Of a stretch of 64,000 nt of DNA, positions 1 to 9,997 are shown one piece after another. A program made the position numbers and the translations under genes. Source of the DNA: Terriglobia bacterium (lineage in GTDB: Bacteria; Acidobacteriota; Terriglobia; UBA7540); assembly GCA_050011515.1 (NCBI GenBank), contig JBEKIZ010000003.1:16805-80804 (forward strand). The letters run 5' to 3'. Under the pieces are notes generated by a model. The model saw nothing but the letters and a program-made list of their open reading frames with translations, ran no database searches and was not told the origin of the DNA. The number at the start of each line of letters is the position of its first letter. Position 1 is the first letter of the stretch.

Positions 1-20
1 CCTGATGGAATAGAATTCCG

Positions 21-956
21 GTGGGGGTTCGTGTGCACACGCACAGCCACGCGCGAAGACCGGACTGGATTGTTAAGACTGCGCTGGTCGTGACGCTGGC
101 CCTGGTGCTGGTTGAATTCCTAACGGGTCATCTCGCGCACAGCCTGGCGCTCATCAGTGATGGCTGGCACAACCTGACAGACCTTCCCGCGCTCGTCCTC
201 GCCTGGATTGCCCTCTACTTCGAACGCAAGCCTCCCGATCATCAGAGAACTTACGGCTACCAACGCGCGGGTGTGCTGGCTGCCTTTGTAAATGCCCTGC
301 TACTGGTGGCAGTTGCCGTCCTCATCTGCTATGAGGGTTACGAGCGAATTCTGAAACCGGAGCCGATCGCCGCCCAAACCATGTTAGTGGTGGGGATCGT
401 GGCCTTTGTCATAAACGGAAGCATTTCACTGTCGTTGGCGTCCGACCGCAACGACTTGAACCTGCGCGCGGTTTTCATCCACAACTTGGGCGACGCGCTC
501 TCCAACCTCGCTCTCATCGCCGGAGCCTGGCTGATCCAAAGGACTGGCTTATGGCTGATCGACCCTCTGATCGCATTCCTGGTTTCCGGCATGATCGTAT
601 GGACAGCTCTGGGGGTGATCACGGAATCGGCGAACATCTTGCTGGAAAGCCTGCCTAAGGGCATGAGTTTGGAAGCGGTGGCGAGGGCATTGCTGGAGGT
701 CCCCGGCGTGCGCGAGGTTCACGATATTCATATCTGGAGCCTGGGAAGCCAGTTTCACGCCCTCTCCTGCCACGTCCACATACTCGACATGCCCACTTCA
801 GAGAGTGAAAGAATTGGCCAGCGGATTCGCGACGTTCTAGCCAGCGAGTTCGGCATCACGCATTCCACCATCCAATTCGAACACACCCACCCCCCCGGCG
901 ACTTTCACCGGTATATGCCGGAACCCGCCCCGAGCAGCGAGGGCGGACAGAAATAG
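21..956 (+). CDS. Cation diffusion facilitator (CDF) family metal efflux transporter, CzcD/ZitB-like
   Basis: 311-aa ORF with a His-rich N-terminus and about 6 hydrophobic helices. CDF-type metal-site motifs HSLALISDGWHNLTD and HNLGDALSN, plus a C-terminal cytoplasmic domain (HDIHIWSL). The GTG start at 21 is uncertain. Confidence 0.85.
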   Translation: MGVRVHTHSHARRPDWIVKTALVVTLALVLVEFLTGHLAHSLALISDGWHNLTDLPALVLAWIALYFERKPPDHQRTYGYQRAGVLAAFVNALLLVAVAVLICYEGYERILKPEPIAAQTMLVVGIVAFVINGSISLSLASDRNDLNLRAVFIHNLGDALSNLALIAGAWLIQRTGLWLIDPLIAFLVSGMIVWTALGVITESANILLESLPKGMSLEAVARALLEVPGVREVHDIHIWSLGSQFHALSCHVHILDMPTSESERIGQRIRDVLASEFGITHSTIQFEHTHPPGDFHRYMPEPAPSSEGGQK

Positions 957-1012
957 GTAGGTGGTATGTAGGGTTCGCGCCCCCACCTACCATCTACCAC
1001 CTACCACCTACC
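956..1012. terminator. Inverted repeat of GGTAGGT-type word repeats between convergent genes (putative bidirectional terminator)
   Basis: ggtaggtggtatgtaggg ... cccacctaccatctaccacctaccacctacc lies directly after the CDF stop codon and overlaps the serS stop. There is no clear U-tract. Confidence 0.45.
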
Positions 1013-2285
1013 GTGCAGTGATCCTCTCGATGCCGTCAAAGTAGGGCCGCAGTGCCTCAGGAATGAGGACGGAGCCGTCGGCCTGCTGGTAGTTTTCGAT
1101 GATCGCAACCCAGGTCCGTCCGACGGCCAGCCCGCTGCCATTGAGAGTGTGAAGGAATTCCGTCTTGCCCCCCTTGCCACGGCGGAACCGGAGGTTCGCC
1201 CGGCGAGCCTGGAATGCCTCGAAGTTCGAGCAGGAAGATATCTCCTTGTATTCGCGGGCAGCGGGAAGCCAGACTTCCAGGTCATAGGTCTTCGCGGAGC
1301 TGAAGCCCAAGTCACCCGTGCACAGCGCGAGGACGCGATACGGAAGTTCGAGCCGCTGTAGGATGACTTCGGCATTGTGGGTGAGAGTCTCGAGCTCATC
1401 GTAAGAGCTTTCAGGAAGCGCGAATTTTACCAGCTCGACCTTCTGGAACTGGTGCTGGCGGATGATTCCACGCGTGTCCTTGCCGTAGGAGCCCGCTTCG
1501 CTCCGGAAACAGGCGGTCCACGCGCAATGCTTCACCGGCAGCTTTTCGGCTTCCAGCACCTCTCCCGCGTACAGATTAGTGACCGGAACTTCCGCGGTGG
1601 GGATCAGCCAGTAATCAGTCCCTTCGAGCTTGAAAAGGTCTTCCTTGAACTTCGGCAACTGGCCGGTGCCGAAAAGGCTTGCGGAGTTCACGACAAAAGG
1701 AGGAAGAATTTCGGTATAGCCGTGCTCCTTGGTGTGCAGGTCGAGCATGAAGTTTGCCAGAGCTCGCTCGAGTTTTGCCCCCAAGCCGCTGTAAACCGCG
1801 AAGCGGGCCCCGGCTATTTTCCTGGCGCGCTCGAAATCCAGGATACCCAGGGCAGGGCCTAGGTCCCAATGCGCTTTGGGTTCAAAGTCGAACTGGCGCG
1901 GCTGGCCCCAACGCCGAACTTCCTGGTTGTCCTCCGGGCACCGGCCGACGGGAACGCTCGTATGAGGCACATTCGGAATGTTGCGCAGGAGCTCCTGCAA
2001 TTGTTCATCGTATTCCTTGGCCTTCTCATCGAGCGCTTGGATCTCCGCGCCCACCTGCTTCATCTCGGCGATCAGGACAGAGGCATCCTGCTTCGCCATT
2101 TTCAAAGCGGCGATTTCCCCGGAAACCTTATTGCGCCGCGCCTTGCGCCTTTCTGCCTCCACCAGGAATTTGCGCCTTTCGCGGTCAATGGCTTCAAAGC
2201 TTCCGAGCGAGTCCCCTAGCCCGCGCTCGCTCATTTTCTGCTTCACAAACTCCAGATTGTCGCGCACAAAACTCAGATCGAGCAT
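1008..2285 (-). CDS. serS: Seryl-tRNA synthetase
   Basis: 425 aa. N-terminal coiled-coil arm ([10 protein letters not shown]...) and class II aaRS core motifs [21 protein letters not shown] and [12 protein letters not shown]. Confidence 0.95.
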   Translation of the reverse strand: MLDLSFVRDNLEFVKQKMSERGLGDSLGSFEAIDRERRKFLVEAERRKARRNKVSGEIAALKMAKQDASVLIAEMKQVGAEIQALDEKAKEYDEQLQELLRNIPNVPHTSVPVGRCPEDNQEVRRWGQPRQFDFEPKAHWDLGPALGILDFERARKIAGARFAVYSGLGAKLERALANFMLDLHTKEHGYTEILPPFVVNSASLFGTGQLPKFKEDLFKLEGTDYWLIPTAEVPVTNLYAGEVLEAEKLPVKHCAWTACFRSEAGSYGKDTRGIIRQHQFQKVELVKFALPESSYDELETLTHNAEVILQRLELPYRVLALCTGDLGFSSAKTYDLEVWLPAAREYKEISSCSNFEAFQARRANLRFRRGKGGKTEFLHTLNGSGLAVGRTWVAIIENYQQADGSVLIPEALRPYFDGIERITAR

Positions 2286-2345
2286 GTTGACTCCTTATTC
2301 CTTTCAGCAACCTCTTGGCAGGATGCCCAAAAACCTGTTTAGCCT

Positions 2346-2444
2346 GTCATTCCGAGGAGTCCCGATCTGATCGGGACGACGAGGAATCTCGCCCCGATCA
2401 GATCGGGGTTTCAGAGCGAGATTCCTCGCTTCGCTCGGAATGAC
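2346..2444. repeat. REP-like nested palindromic element (family A: GTCATTCCGAG ... GAGGAATCTCGC ... CTCGGAATGAC)
   Basis: Outer inverted repeat gtcattccgag/ctcggaatgac encloses gaggaatctcgc/gcgagattcctc and two cccgatc-N-gatcggg hairpins. Related copies lie at 59121-59168 and 63355-63540. Confidence 0.8.
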
Positions 2445-2608
2445 AACCCTCACAAACGTTTTCCAGCATCCTGCTAGAAGCTGAAGAGTCAATTTAAACC
2501 AGGCGTGTGAGGGTGTCAAACTTGAAAGGATGCGCGGCCCCACCGCCTGCTTCTTTTTGACAATCCTATAGCGCAGGGGTAGGGTTGTTTCACAGACAGG
2601 AGGTTCGG

Positions 2609-3007
2609 ATGCGCGTTCTAGTAATGGGTCTTGTGGTCATGGCATGGGCAGGCTTCGCCGCCTGCAACCGGTTGAGTGGGGTTCATTCCAAAGCGGCGGT
2701 TCAGGAGGCGATCGAGGAACACCTGAAGCAGCAGCCGAACGTCGTTTTCCAGAACATGACCGTGGAGGTTGGCGACGTTGCGTTCAGCGGGGACACTGCC
2801 GAAGCCCAAGTGAAGTTCCGCAGCAAGCAAGCGCCCAACATGGCGGTTGGCGTACAGTATAAGCTGCGCAGATCGGGCAATGGATGGAAGGTGGAATCCA
2901 CTTCGGCCGCCAGCATGTCCGGAACGACTCCGCATGGAAACACCGCAGGTCCCATGCCATCCCCGTCCACAAACCCCACTGATATTGGTCCCCAGCCGAG
3001 CCACTGA
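2609..3007 (+). CDS. Small lipoprotein, unknown function
   Basis: AGGAGG sits 6 nt upstream of ATG 2609. Signal peptide with lipobox (MRVLVMGLVVMAWAGFAAC), SnoaL/NTF2-like sized body and a Pro/Ser-rich tail. Confidence 0.6.
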   Translation: MRVLVMGLVVMAWAGFAACNRLSGVHSKAAVQEAIEEHLKQQPNVVFQNMTVEVGDVAFSGDTAEAQVKFRSKQAPNMAVGVQYKLRRSGNGWKVESTSAASMSGTTPHGNTAGPMPSPSTNPTDIGPQPSH

Positions 3008-3038
3008 GGAGCGGGAGTTAGAAGAAGAGCAGGGAGAA

Positions 3039-3167
3039 GAATTATGAATAGTGAATTCTGAATGGTGAATTGGGGGTGCAAAACTCGCTTTACGCGCCGC
3101 GCCCAGGGCCTCTGACCGCTGCACTTCTTCAATTCACAATTCAGATTCACAATTCAGAATTGCCCCC
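3039..3167. terminator. Long inverted repeat built from GAATTnTGAAT word repeats between convergent genes
   Basis: Left arm gaattatgaatagtgaattctgaatggtgaattggggg pairs with right arm caattcacaattcagattcacaattcagaattgccccc. The right arm overlaps the 3' end of the peptidase gene. Confidence 0.4.
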
Positions 3168-4143
3168 AGTCCCTTATTTCCCGGCATGACGGAACTCCGC
3201 CCAGCCCTTGCGCGGCTTCTACTGCCCTGAGAATAGCTTCCGCGGTCGCCTCCGCCGCCGCCGTCCCGAGGCTGTTCAAGTCAGCCCGCTTTCTACCCAG
3301 CGAAAGAGCAAAGACCAGATCGCCGTCCAATTGGGTATGAACGGGGTGAATGGCGCGTGCCAGTCCATCGTGAGCCATCTGCGCAACCTTGGTCGTCTGG
3401 ACTTTGTCCAGCTCGGCATTGGTCATGACGACGACCAGCGTCGTGTGGGTGGCTCCAAAGCCTTTGGGCACTCCCCCCTTGAACATGCTTTCCACAGTGA
3501 CCGCGAATTCAGGTGATTCAGGAGACACTCGCGCTCCGGCAATCACTCGACCCGTCCTGGGATCGACTACATCGCCAAAGGCATTCACCACCGCAAGCGC
3601 CCGCACGCGGACCCCGCCCGGCAACCCGCGACTCCCGAACCCCAAGCCACCCTTGGTGGACTGACCAATCCCATAGAGTTTTCCAACCGTCGCCCCAGTC
3701 CCCGCCCCCACCGACCCTTCAACAACTTTCTCCTTTGCATTCCGGCAGGCTCGAAGTGCCATCCTCCGGTTTGGTCGAGCCTTTGACGAGCCCAAGTGGA
3801 GGTCGAAGATGACCGCCCCGGGAACGATGGGCACCCGAACTTTCCCGGCGGGGAATCCGACGCCGCGTGATTCCAAATACTCCATAACCCCTGCTGCAGC
3901 GTCCAGGCCGAAGGCGCTCCCTCCGCTCAAGAAGATCGCGTGCACGCGCTCCACCACATGACCGGGAAGGCAGGGAGCCAAATCGCGCGTTCCTGCAGCG
4001 GAGCCCCGCACATCCACTCCGCAGACCGCGCCCCCTTCGCAGAGGACAACTGTGCATCCTGTCAGCCCTTTGAAGTCACTGGCGTGACCGATGCGGACGC
4101 CTGGAATCGTCTTGTTCGTTTCCGTTTTCTTGAATCTGACCAT
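3154..4143 (-). CDS. P1 (S58/DmpA-like) family aminopeptidase
   Basis: 329 aa. Motifs GLTGCTVVL, GAGTGATVGK and HTTLVVVMTNA are typical of DmpA/L-aminopeptidase-D-esterase family Ntn hydrolases. Confidence 0.8.
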   Translation of the reverse strand: MVRFKKTETNKTIPGVRIGHASDFKGLTGCTVVLCEGGAVCGVDVRGSAAGTRDLAPCLPGHVVERVHAIFLSGGSAFGLDAAAGVMEYLESRGVGFPAGKVRVPIVPGAVIFDLHLGSSKARPNRRMALRACRNAKEKVVEGSVGAGTGATVGKLYGIGQSTKGGLGFGSRGLPGGVRVRALAVVNAFGDVVDPRTGRVIAGARVSPESPEFAVTVESMFKGGVPKGFGATHTTLVVVMTNAELDKVQTTKVAQMAHDGLARAIHPVHTQLDGDLVFALSLGRKRADLNSLGTAAAEATAEAILRAVEAAQGLGGVPSCREIRDWGQF

Positions 4144-4363
4144 CCTGACATTCTACATTTCGCCGGCTTGTCTTCCGGAGAAAAATGGAACCGATTTGAA
4201 CTGTGTGACAGGTTGGGCTGCGGCCCGGTCAGCAGTTGCGTCACTCTCATGTTTCGAAATGGCAGCGTGCGCATGCGAACCATGTCCAAAAGGAGCTGGT
4301 AATTGGATGCGATTGTCATGATAATCTTCTTGCCCCGCACGTAGTTTCCGTTGGAGACACGCA

Positions 4364-4855
4364 ATGAAGACTCTCTTTCTCGCACTCAGATCTGTCATCT
4401 ACATGAGCGGCTTTTTGCTTTTCTTTGGCTGGATTGCCCTGCTGGTGCGAACCTTTGACCAGAGTTTTGGAGTCTCCTTACCTGCTGCGAGTGAAATACC
4501 CGGCGCTATCTTGGTGGTCGTCGGAGCAATTCTCGTGCTTGCGTGCGCGGGCGTCTTCATTTCGCGAGGACGAGGAACACCCGCTATTTTTGATGCTCCG
4601 CGAGCATTCGTCGCCATCGGCCCCTACAAGTACGTTCGCAACCCGATGTATATCGGGGGGCTGGTGCTCCTCATCGGCTTCGGTCTCTACGAGCGTTCGA
4701 TTTCGATTCTGTTCCTGACTTTGCCACTCTTTCTTCTCGTTCATTCGTTCGTCCTCTTTTACGAAGAACCTACCCTGACACGGAAATTTGGGAGTTCTTA
4801 CCAGGAGTACCGTAGAGCCGTGCGCAGGTGGATTCCGCGGCTGACGTGCTCGTGA
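4364..4855 (+). CDS. Isoprenylcysteine carboxyl methyltransferase (ICMT)/phospholipid methyltransferase family membrane protein
   Basis: 163 aa, 4-5 TM helices, motif GPYKYVRNPMYIGGLVLLIG. Confidence 0.7.
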   Translation: MKTLFLALRSVIYMSGFLLFFGWIALLVRTFDQSFGVSLPAASEIPGAILVVVGAILVLACAGVFISRGRGTPAIFDAPRAFVAIGPYKYVRNPMYIGGLVLLIGFGLYERSISILFLTLPLFLLVHSFVLFYEEPTLTRKFGSSYQEYRRAVRRWIPRLTCS

Positions 4856-4865
4856 TGCTGTCGCC

Positions 4866-5798
4866 ATGAAACTACTTTCAACCAACGCCTGCATGTGGAA
4901 CGCCCGACGAGCAGGGACAGCCATCCCTGCATTCAACATCCCGTTTCTGCCCATGATGGAAGCGGTTGTCGAGGCACTGCATGCTACCGATTGTTTCGGT
5001 CTGATAGCCGTGGCACGGCCAGAGTGGATGAAGTTCGAAGCTCGAAGTGTTCGAGCCATCTATCAGGAGTACCAGCGGGTAAAGGACGAACGATTTACAC
5101 GCTTGCACTTGGATCATGTCCCCGTAATCGATGAGGACAATCTGAGCGTGGACTACGAGGCGGTAATCCAGGAAGCCGTCCAACTCGGGTATCAGTCGGT
5201 GATGCTGGACGGCTCGCGTCTCCCTTTGGATGAGAATATCCAAGCGACGAAGAAGATCGCTCGCCTCGTGCACGCCGCAGGAATTGCGCTGGAAGGCGAA
5301 TTGGGAGCCGTGTTTGGTCACGAGGCTGGTCCGCTTCCTCCTTACGAGGAACTCTTCGCAAGCGGGAAGGGCTTCACGGCCGCAGAGGACGCGCGCCGGT
5401 TCGTTCAGGAAACAGGAGTCGACTGGCTGTCGGTGGCGGTGGGGAATGTGCACGGGGCCATTGCGGAGGTCACGCGGCACAACAAAAAGGTCGAGGCAAG
5501 ACTGAACATTGAGCACTTGGAGCGTATTTACGAAGCGGTTCAAATTCCTCTGGTTCTGCACGGTGGGAGTGGGATCAAGAAAAAGTACATTCAGGAAGCC
5601 ATCCATCGTGGAATCGCCAAGATCAACATCGCCACCGCAATCCGCCAGCCTTATGAGGTAGCTCTCAAAGAATCGCTGGAGGCTGCCAAGAAGGCGGCGT
5701 ACGACGCCGCGGTGCAAGTGCTGACTGAAGAACTCGAGCTTCAAGGTTCCCGACGGCTGATTAATCCGGAGCTCGGATACGAGGTGGCATCGGTATGA
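4866..5798 (+). CDS. Class II ketose-bisphosphate aldolase family protein (FBA/tagatose-bisphosphate aldolase-like)
   Basis: 310 aa. Motifs AIPAFNI, LHLDHV and LVLHGGSG. The stop overlaps the start of the downstream kinase. Confidence 0.8.
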   Translation: MKLLSTNACMWNARRAGTAIPAFNIPFLPMMEAVVEALHATDCFGLIAVARPEWMKFEARSVRAIYQEYQRVKDERFTRLHLDHVPVIDEDNLSVDYEAVIQEAVQLGYQSVMLDGSRLPLDENIQATKKIARLVHAAGIALEGELGAVFGHEAGPLPPYEELFASGKGFTAAEDARRFVQETGVDWLSVAVGNVHGAIAEVTRHNKKVEARLNIEHLERIYEAVQIPLVLHGGSGIKKKYIQEAIHRGIAKINIATAIRQPYEVALKESLEAAKKAAYDAAVQVLTEELELQGSRRLINPELGYEVASV

Positions 5799-7327
5799 GT
5801 CTGCTGGGGATCGATGTGGGAACCTCAGGGTGCAAAGCTGCGGCCTTTTTGGAAAGCGGGGAGTGTCTCGCCAGCGCCTACCGTGAATATGCCACCTTGC
5901 ACCCGCGCCAGGGCTGGGCAGAACTTGACAGTCGCGAGGTGTGGAACTGCGTGCGGGACACGATCGCCGAGGTGTCGGGTCGGGTGACCCAGCATCCTGT
6001 TCGGGCGCTCTGCGTCAGTTCCATGGGAGAAGCCATGACTCCCGTGTCCAAGGACAGGCAGATTCTTGGTCCCTGTATCCTGTCCTCGGATACGCGCGGC
6101 ATGGAGTACGTTGAAGCTCTGGCGCGCCAGATTCCTCAGGAGGCCTTCTTCCGCATCAACCCTAATATTTTTGGCCCGCAATACTCTCTCCCTAAACTCT
6201 TATGGCGGCGAGAATATCAGCCTGCTCTTTACGCGCAAGCCCACAAGTTTCTCCTCTGGGGGGACCTCGTGGCTTTCATGCTCGGCTGCGACCCGGTTAC
6301 CAGTTACTCCCATGCCAATCGCACGCTCCTTTTCGACATTCGCAGAGAGGATTGGTCTGACCCATTGCTTCTATTGACTGGAATCGAACGCGCCAAGCTT
6401 CCGCTTCCGATGCCCAGCGGCGCTGTCGCCGGTACCGTTTGTGAGCGCGTTGCTGGGGAGCTGAATCTGCCGAAAGAAGTGCTCGTGGTGGTCGGCGGCC
6501 ACGACCAGTGCTGCAGTTCACTGGGCGCGGGCGTCTACGAGGCTGGAAAAGCCATTTGCGGCATTGGAACCTTCGAATGCATTACCCCCACCTATGACCA
6601 CCTCCCGGACGCTGCGGCGATGTTGCGCCACGGCCTCAATCTTGAACATCACGTCCTGCCAGGGCTTTTTGTTTCCTTCATCTACAACCAAGGCGGGACC
6701 CTGGTGCGATGGTTCCGCGACACCTTCGCCCGCGCGGAGCGCAAACTGTTGCCTGCCGGCGAAGACATTTACGACGCCTTGGCCCGCGAAATGCCCCCCG
6801 AGCCTACGCGCTTGTTCATACTCCCCTATTTTGAGATTACCGGTCCACCTGGTTTTATCGCCGATGCTTCCGGCGTCATCGTGGGGCTCAAAACCAGCAC
6901 CACGCGCGGAGAGATCCTCAAATCCATCATGGAATCGGTCACTTTTTATTTTGCCGAAAGCTTGCAGGCCTTGAAAGAACTTGGAGTGAACCCTTCGGAG
7001 TTTGTCGCCACCGGGGGCGGAGCGAAATCGGACCAGTGGCTTCAACTCAAGGCTGACATCTTTGGTGTTCCCTTTGTGCGGCCACGCGTCACTGAAGCAA
7101 GCGTCCTGGGGGCTGCCATCCTCGCCGGAATCGCCACAGGAGTCTTTCGCCATCCCGCCGAAGGGGTAGGCCAATTCATCAAACCCGACAAGGTGTTTGA
7201 GCCGGATCCAATCCGCCATCGGATTTACCAGCAGAAAGTCGAAGCCTATCGTGAACTGTTTCCGCTCCTCAAGGGCTTCCTTGCCAAACTCGAAAAGGGC
7301 GAAGAGGAACGGTCGCAGCACCAGTGA
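5795..7327 (+). CDS. FGGY-family carbohydrate kinase (xylulokinase/ribulokinase-like; substrate unknown)
   Basis: 510 aa. N-terminal LLGIDVGTSGCKAA and C-terminal GGGAKSDQWLQLKADIFGVP. There is a 4-nt ATGA overlap with the aldolase gene. Confidence 0.85.
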   Translation: MSLLGIDVGTSGCKAAAFLESGECLASAYREYATLHPRQGWAELDSREVWNCVRDTIAEVSGRVTQHPVRALCVSSMGEAMTPVSKDRQILGPCILSSDTRGMEYVEALARQIPQEAFFRINPNIFGPQYSLPKLLWRREYQPALYAQAHKFLLWGDLVAFMLGCDPVTSYSHANRTLLFDIRREDWSDPLLLLTGIERAKLPLPMPSGAVAGTVCERVAGELNLPKEVLVVVGGHDQCCSSLGAGVYEAGKAICGIGTFECITPTYDHLPDAAAMLRHGLNLEHHVLPGLFVSFIYNQGGTLVRWFRDTFARAERKLLPAGEDIYDALAREMPPEPTRLFILPYFEITGPPGFIADASGVIVGLKTSTTRGEILKSIMESVTFYFAESLQALKELGVNPSEFVATGGGAKSDQWLQLKADIFGVPFVRPRVTEASVLGAAILAGIATGVFRHPAEGVGQFIKPDKVFEPDPIRHRIYQQKVEAYRELFPLLKGFLAKLEKGEEERSQHQ

Positions 7328-7886
7328 GCCGGCGTGTCTTTTCGAGATCTCCCTTGAGGCCTGAACGGAACCTACCACTTCCTCTCCCCAGGTCATCCTC
7401 GACAATGTGAACATCCGCAAAGAGTTAATTGAGATGTGACATGCAACGGCCTGGCAGGCTCAAAGTAACCACTCCGGTGGCCGAAGTCAGCCAGCTTGGT
7501 GGAAATCGGCCAGTCCCATGTCGCGTCCCTCGGTGTCCGCAAGCTTCCGCCGGGAAACGTCGACAGTACTGTCTCAGAGAGGGGACAGTGGGCCTCGGGT
7601 TGCGATGAGTAGGGGAACAGTGGGCAAATTCCTCTAAGCCGCAGGGCAGCAGGGTCACGAATCGGCGTGCCTACCCGCAAGGCAAAGCAGGTCAACGTTT
7701 TTGCCTACCCTCTGACGCTGACGTGCCATACCTCACATGATGTCTGGCACTCGCTTCGGGGGGCTTGCCGAGGAAACATGGCCCGCCCACAGAATCACTC
7801 GCCCCTGGCGTCCCCAGCCATCAATCCAGCCGCTTTAGTGTTCTGGTCACCAAATTGCCCCAACTGGGTCGAGGTCCCGAAAAACC

Positions 7887-8948
7887 ATGAGAATCAAATT
7901 AATCCCCTCAAGCACGATTATTTTGGTGTTGGCGTGTCTTATTTCTCCCATCCGAGCCACCGAGCGGCTTCGGATCGAGCCGGGCACGAAGATTCCCGTC
8001 CGGCTCGAAAGCAGCGTAGGAACCAAAGAGTTTTACCAATGGCACTCTTTTGGTAACGTGCGCACGGTTTCCGGAGCGCTAATGCAGGACTTGGTTACGC
8101 CCGACGGGCAGGTGGCGCTGCCGGCAGGCACAAAAATCCGTGTCGCGGTACTCGAGAGCAAGCGCGCCGGACACATAATGGGTAGGTCCCGCTTGCGGCT
8201 GGGCCTTTACTCGGTACGTACACCGGACGGTGAAGTGATCCCCCTCGATGGCTACCCCACGGATTTGAACCGTCGCAAGGTGGACCGCGAGGGCACGGCG
8301 CACGGACACGGGGGACTGGTGAAGGATGGCGCTGTGGACTTTGGATCGGTGGTGATCGGCGCGGGCGCTGGCTTCGCGGCGGCCGGGCCGGTAGGTGGAG
8401 CCATAGGCGCCGGCGGCGGTCTTATTGTAGCCGCGATTTGGACAGTGGCGCGGCGCGGCCCCGATCTGACAGTTCCCGCCGGCACCGTGCTCGAGTTTGT
8501 GCTTGGCCGGCCGGTTTCCCTCGTTGCCATGGGTGACGTCGTCGATGATAGTCCCAAGCTTCAGCCGTCCACGTGGGGTCGCGGCCAGGTGATCCCGCCT
8601 TCGGAGGATTTGTTGGCGCTGGCTGACCAGCTCGACTCCGATCCCGACGGCGTGCTCCAGCAGTTGAAGCAGATCAGGTTCAAGGACCGTCCGGGTGTGG
8701 ATCGCGCCTTTGCGAAGTACTTGCAGGCGGTGGCGCGCTTCCAAAAAGGTGACCACAGCAAGGATACGCTCAACCTGATGCGAGAGGCCTATAGTGGCGC
8801 GCAGAACTCGGCGGTGCCCCCGGCGGCACGCGCCGAGATGGCGCGCAACCTTGTTTTCATCCTGCGTGCCACGGAGAAGGATTGGGAACGCGACCCGCTC
8901 CTGAACGATCCCCAGGTGCAGGCGGCGCTGGTGGAGGAAAACCAATGA
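7887..8948 (+). CDS. Secreted protein with central glycine-zipper segment, unknown function
   Basis: 353 aa. Signal peptide, beta-rich region with repeated (L/I)PAGTKI(P/R)V motifs, Gly-zipper GAGAGFAAAGPVGGAIGAGGGL and a helical C-terminal part. Confidence 0.6.
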   Translation: MRIKLIPSSTIILVLACLISPIRATERLRIEPGTKIPVRLESSVGTKEFYQWHSFGNVRTVSGALMQDLVTPDGQVALPAGTKIRVAVLESKRAGHIMGRSRLRLGLYSVRTPDGEVIPLDGYPTDLNRRKVDREGTAHGHGGLVKDGAVDFGSVVIGAGAGFAAAGPVGGAIGAGGGLIVAAIWTVARRGPDLTVPAGTVLEFVLGRPVSLVAMGDVVDDSPKLQPSTWGRGQVIPPSEDLLALADQLDSDPDGVLQQLKQIRFKDRPGVDRAFAKYLQAVARFQKGDHSKDTLNLMREAYSGAQNSAVPPAARAEMARNLVFILRATEKDWERDPLLNDPQVQAALVEENQ

Positions 8949-9994
8949 GACCCGCGCTGATTCTGACCCTCCTAGGGTGCGCGCTCGCCAGCGTAGCGCT
9001 TGCCCAGCAGCCTCCAACAACCCCCGTGCCGCCCCCGCCCCCTGCCGGCGTGGCGCCTCCACCGCCCACGCCTGGCACAACGGAGTCGGAGTCGCCGCCC
9101 CCCGCAACTTCTGAAACTCCCGAGACGGCGCCTGAAAATACGCAGGGCGCACGCGAAACGCCACTGGATGCTGAAACCTTCGATGTTCGTGCCCATCGCC
9201 GCCTAGATGAGTACAACCAACGTCGCGGGCAGCGCGAGCTCGAGATGGCTTCCTACAGCAAGGCGAGTGGGAATGATCCCGGTCTGCAGCGATTCGCCGA
9301 CCCACGCAAGGTGCAGGTGGCACTCAAGGACGAACTCGATCGCGAGCAGACCAGCGAGCAATTGGCCAATGATTACGCTGAACAGGCCCGCGAGGTGCTT
9401 AGCAAGCAGCAGGCGGTTCAGGACTTCATCGCCAAGCGCCGCAAGACGCTGGACGACTTGAGCAAGCAGAACGTCGGCGTCAATCCCCAGGATCTCGAGG
9501 TGGCCCTCGCCAACCTGGCCCATCAGCCTGAGTCACCCGAGACGGAGGCCCAGATGCGCGAAATCGATCGGCGGCTGTCCGAGGCCGAGCGCCTTGAGAA
9601 AGATCTGCCTGCCCGGCGGACTCGCGCTCAGGAGGAAGCGGCAGGCGCCGCTGAAGAACTCGCCAAGCTCAAGGCTCTCGAGCAGTCTTACGAGAAAGAG
9701 TCAAAGGCCTTCGCGGCAGACGCGCTCTCGGCCCGCGAGAACCGGCTGGGGCTGGCCGACAGGCTCGAATATTACGTGGTCCGCGCCCAGGCAGAAGACG
9801 TGCTCGAGCAAGGCCGCAAAGCCACGCAGTCGGTGCAACACCTCTCGGCCAGCCCAGAGGTCGATAAGACGCTCAACAGCTCAGGGTCAAGCGCCAAGAC
9901 GGAAACTGACCTGGAGCAGTTGAGGAGCTGCATTCAACAGTCAGGCGACGTGAAGGCTTGTCACGACAAGGCTCGCCAGGCGCACCAGGAGTAG
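8945..9994 (+). CDS. Secreted proline-rich / coiled-coil protein, unknown function
   Basis: ATG 8945 overlaps the previous stop (ATGA). Signal peptide MRPALILTLLGCALASVALA, a PPPPxP tract, then a long charged heptad-like helix. The ORF-track start at 8882 is probably too far upstream. Confidence 0.6.
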   Translation: MRPALILTLLGCALASVALAQQPPTTPVPPPPPAGVAPPPPTPGTTESESPPPATSETPETAPENTQGARETPLDAETFDVRAHRRLDEYNQRRGQRELEMASYSKASGNDPGLQRFADPRKVQVALKDELDREQTSEQLANDYAEQAREVLSKQQAVQDFIAKRRKTLDDLSKQNVGVNPQDLEVALANLAHQPESPETEAQMREIDRRLSEAERLEKDLPARRTRAQEEAAGAAEELAKLKALEQSYEKESKAFAADALSARENRLGLADRLEYYVVRAQAEDVLEQGRKATQSVQHLSASPEVDKTLNSSGSSAKTETDLEQLRSCIQQSGDVKACHDKARQAHQE

Positions 9995-9997
9995 CTT

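Noticed and set aside
7328-7886. A 560-bp ORF-free leader upstream of the secreted-protein cluster. I looked for a riboswitch or other ncRNA, prompted by GCCCACTG / GGGAA / CTGAGA-like strings reminiscent of cobalamin or TPP elements.
   Set aside because: The motif fragments are in the wrong order or orientation for cobalamin or TPP riboswitches, and I could not build the conserved helices by hand. An Infernal/Rfam scan would be needed, so I make no call.
8079-9323. A 414-aa minus-strand ORF. Similar long antisense ORFs occur at 4878-5744, 6518-7420, 32674-33672, 36838-37605, 41727-42644, 57778-58911 and 60353-61987.
   Set aside because: Each lies antisense to, and fully inside, an ORF with clear family motifs. 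The products are Arg/Pro/Gly-rich and low in complexity, with no motifs. These are typical shadow ORFs of high-GC DNA.
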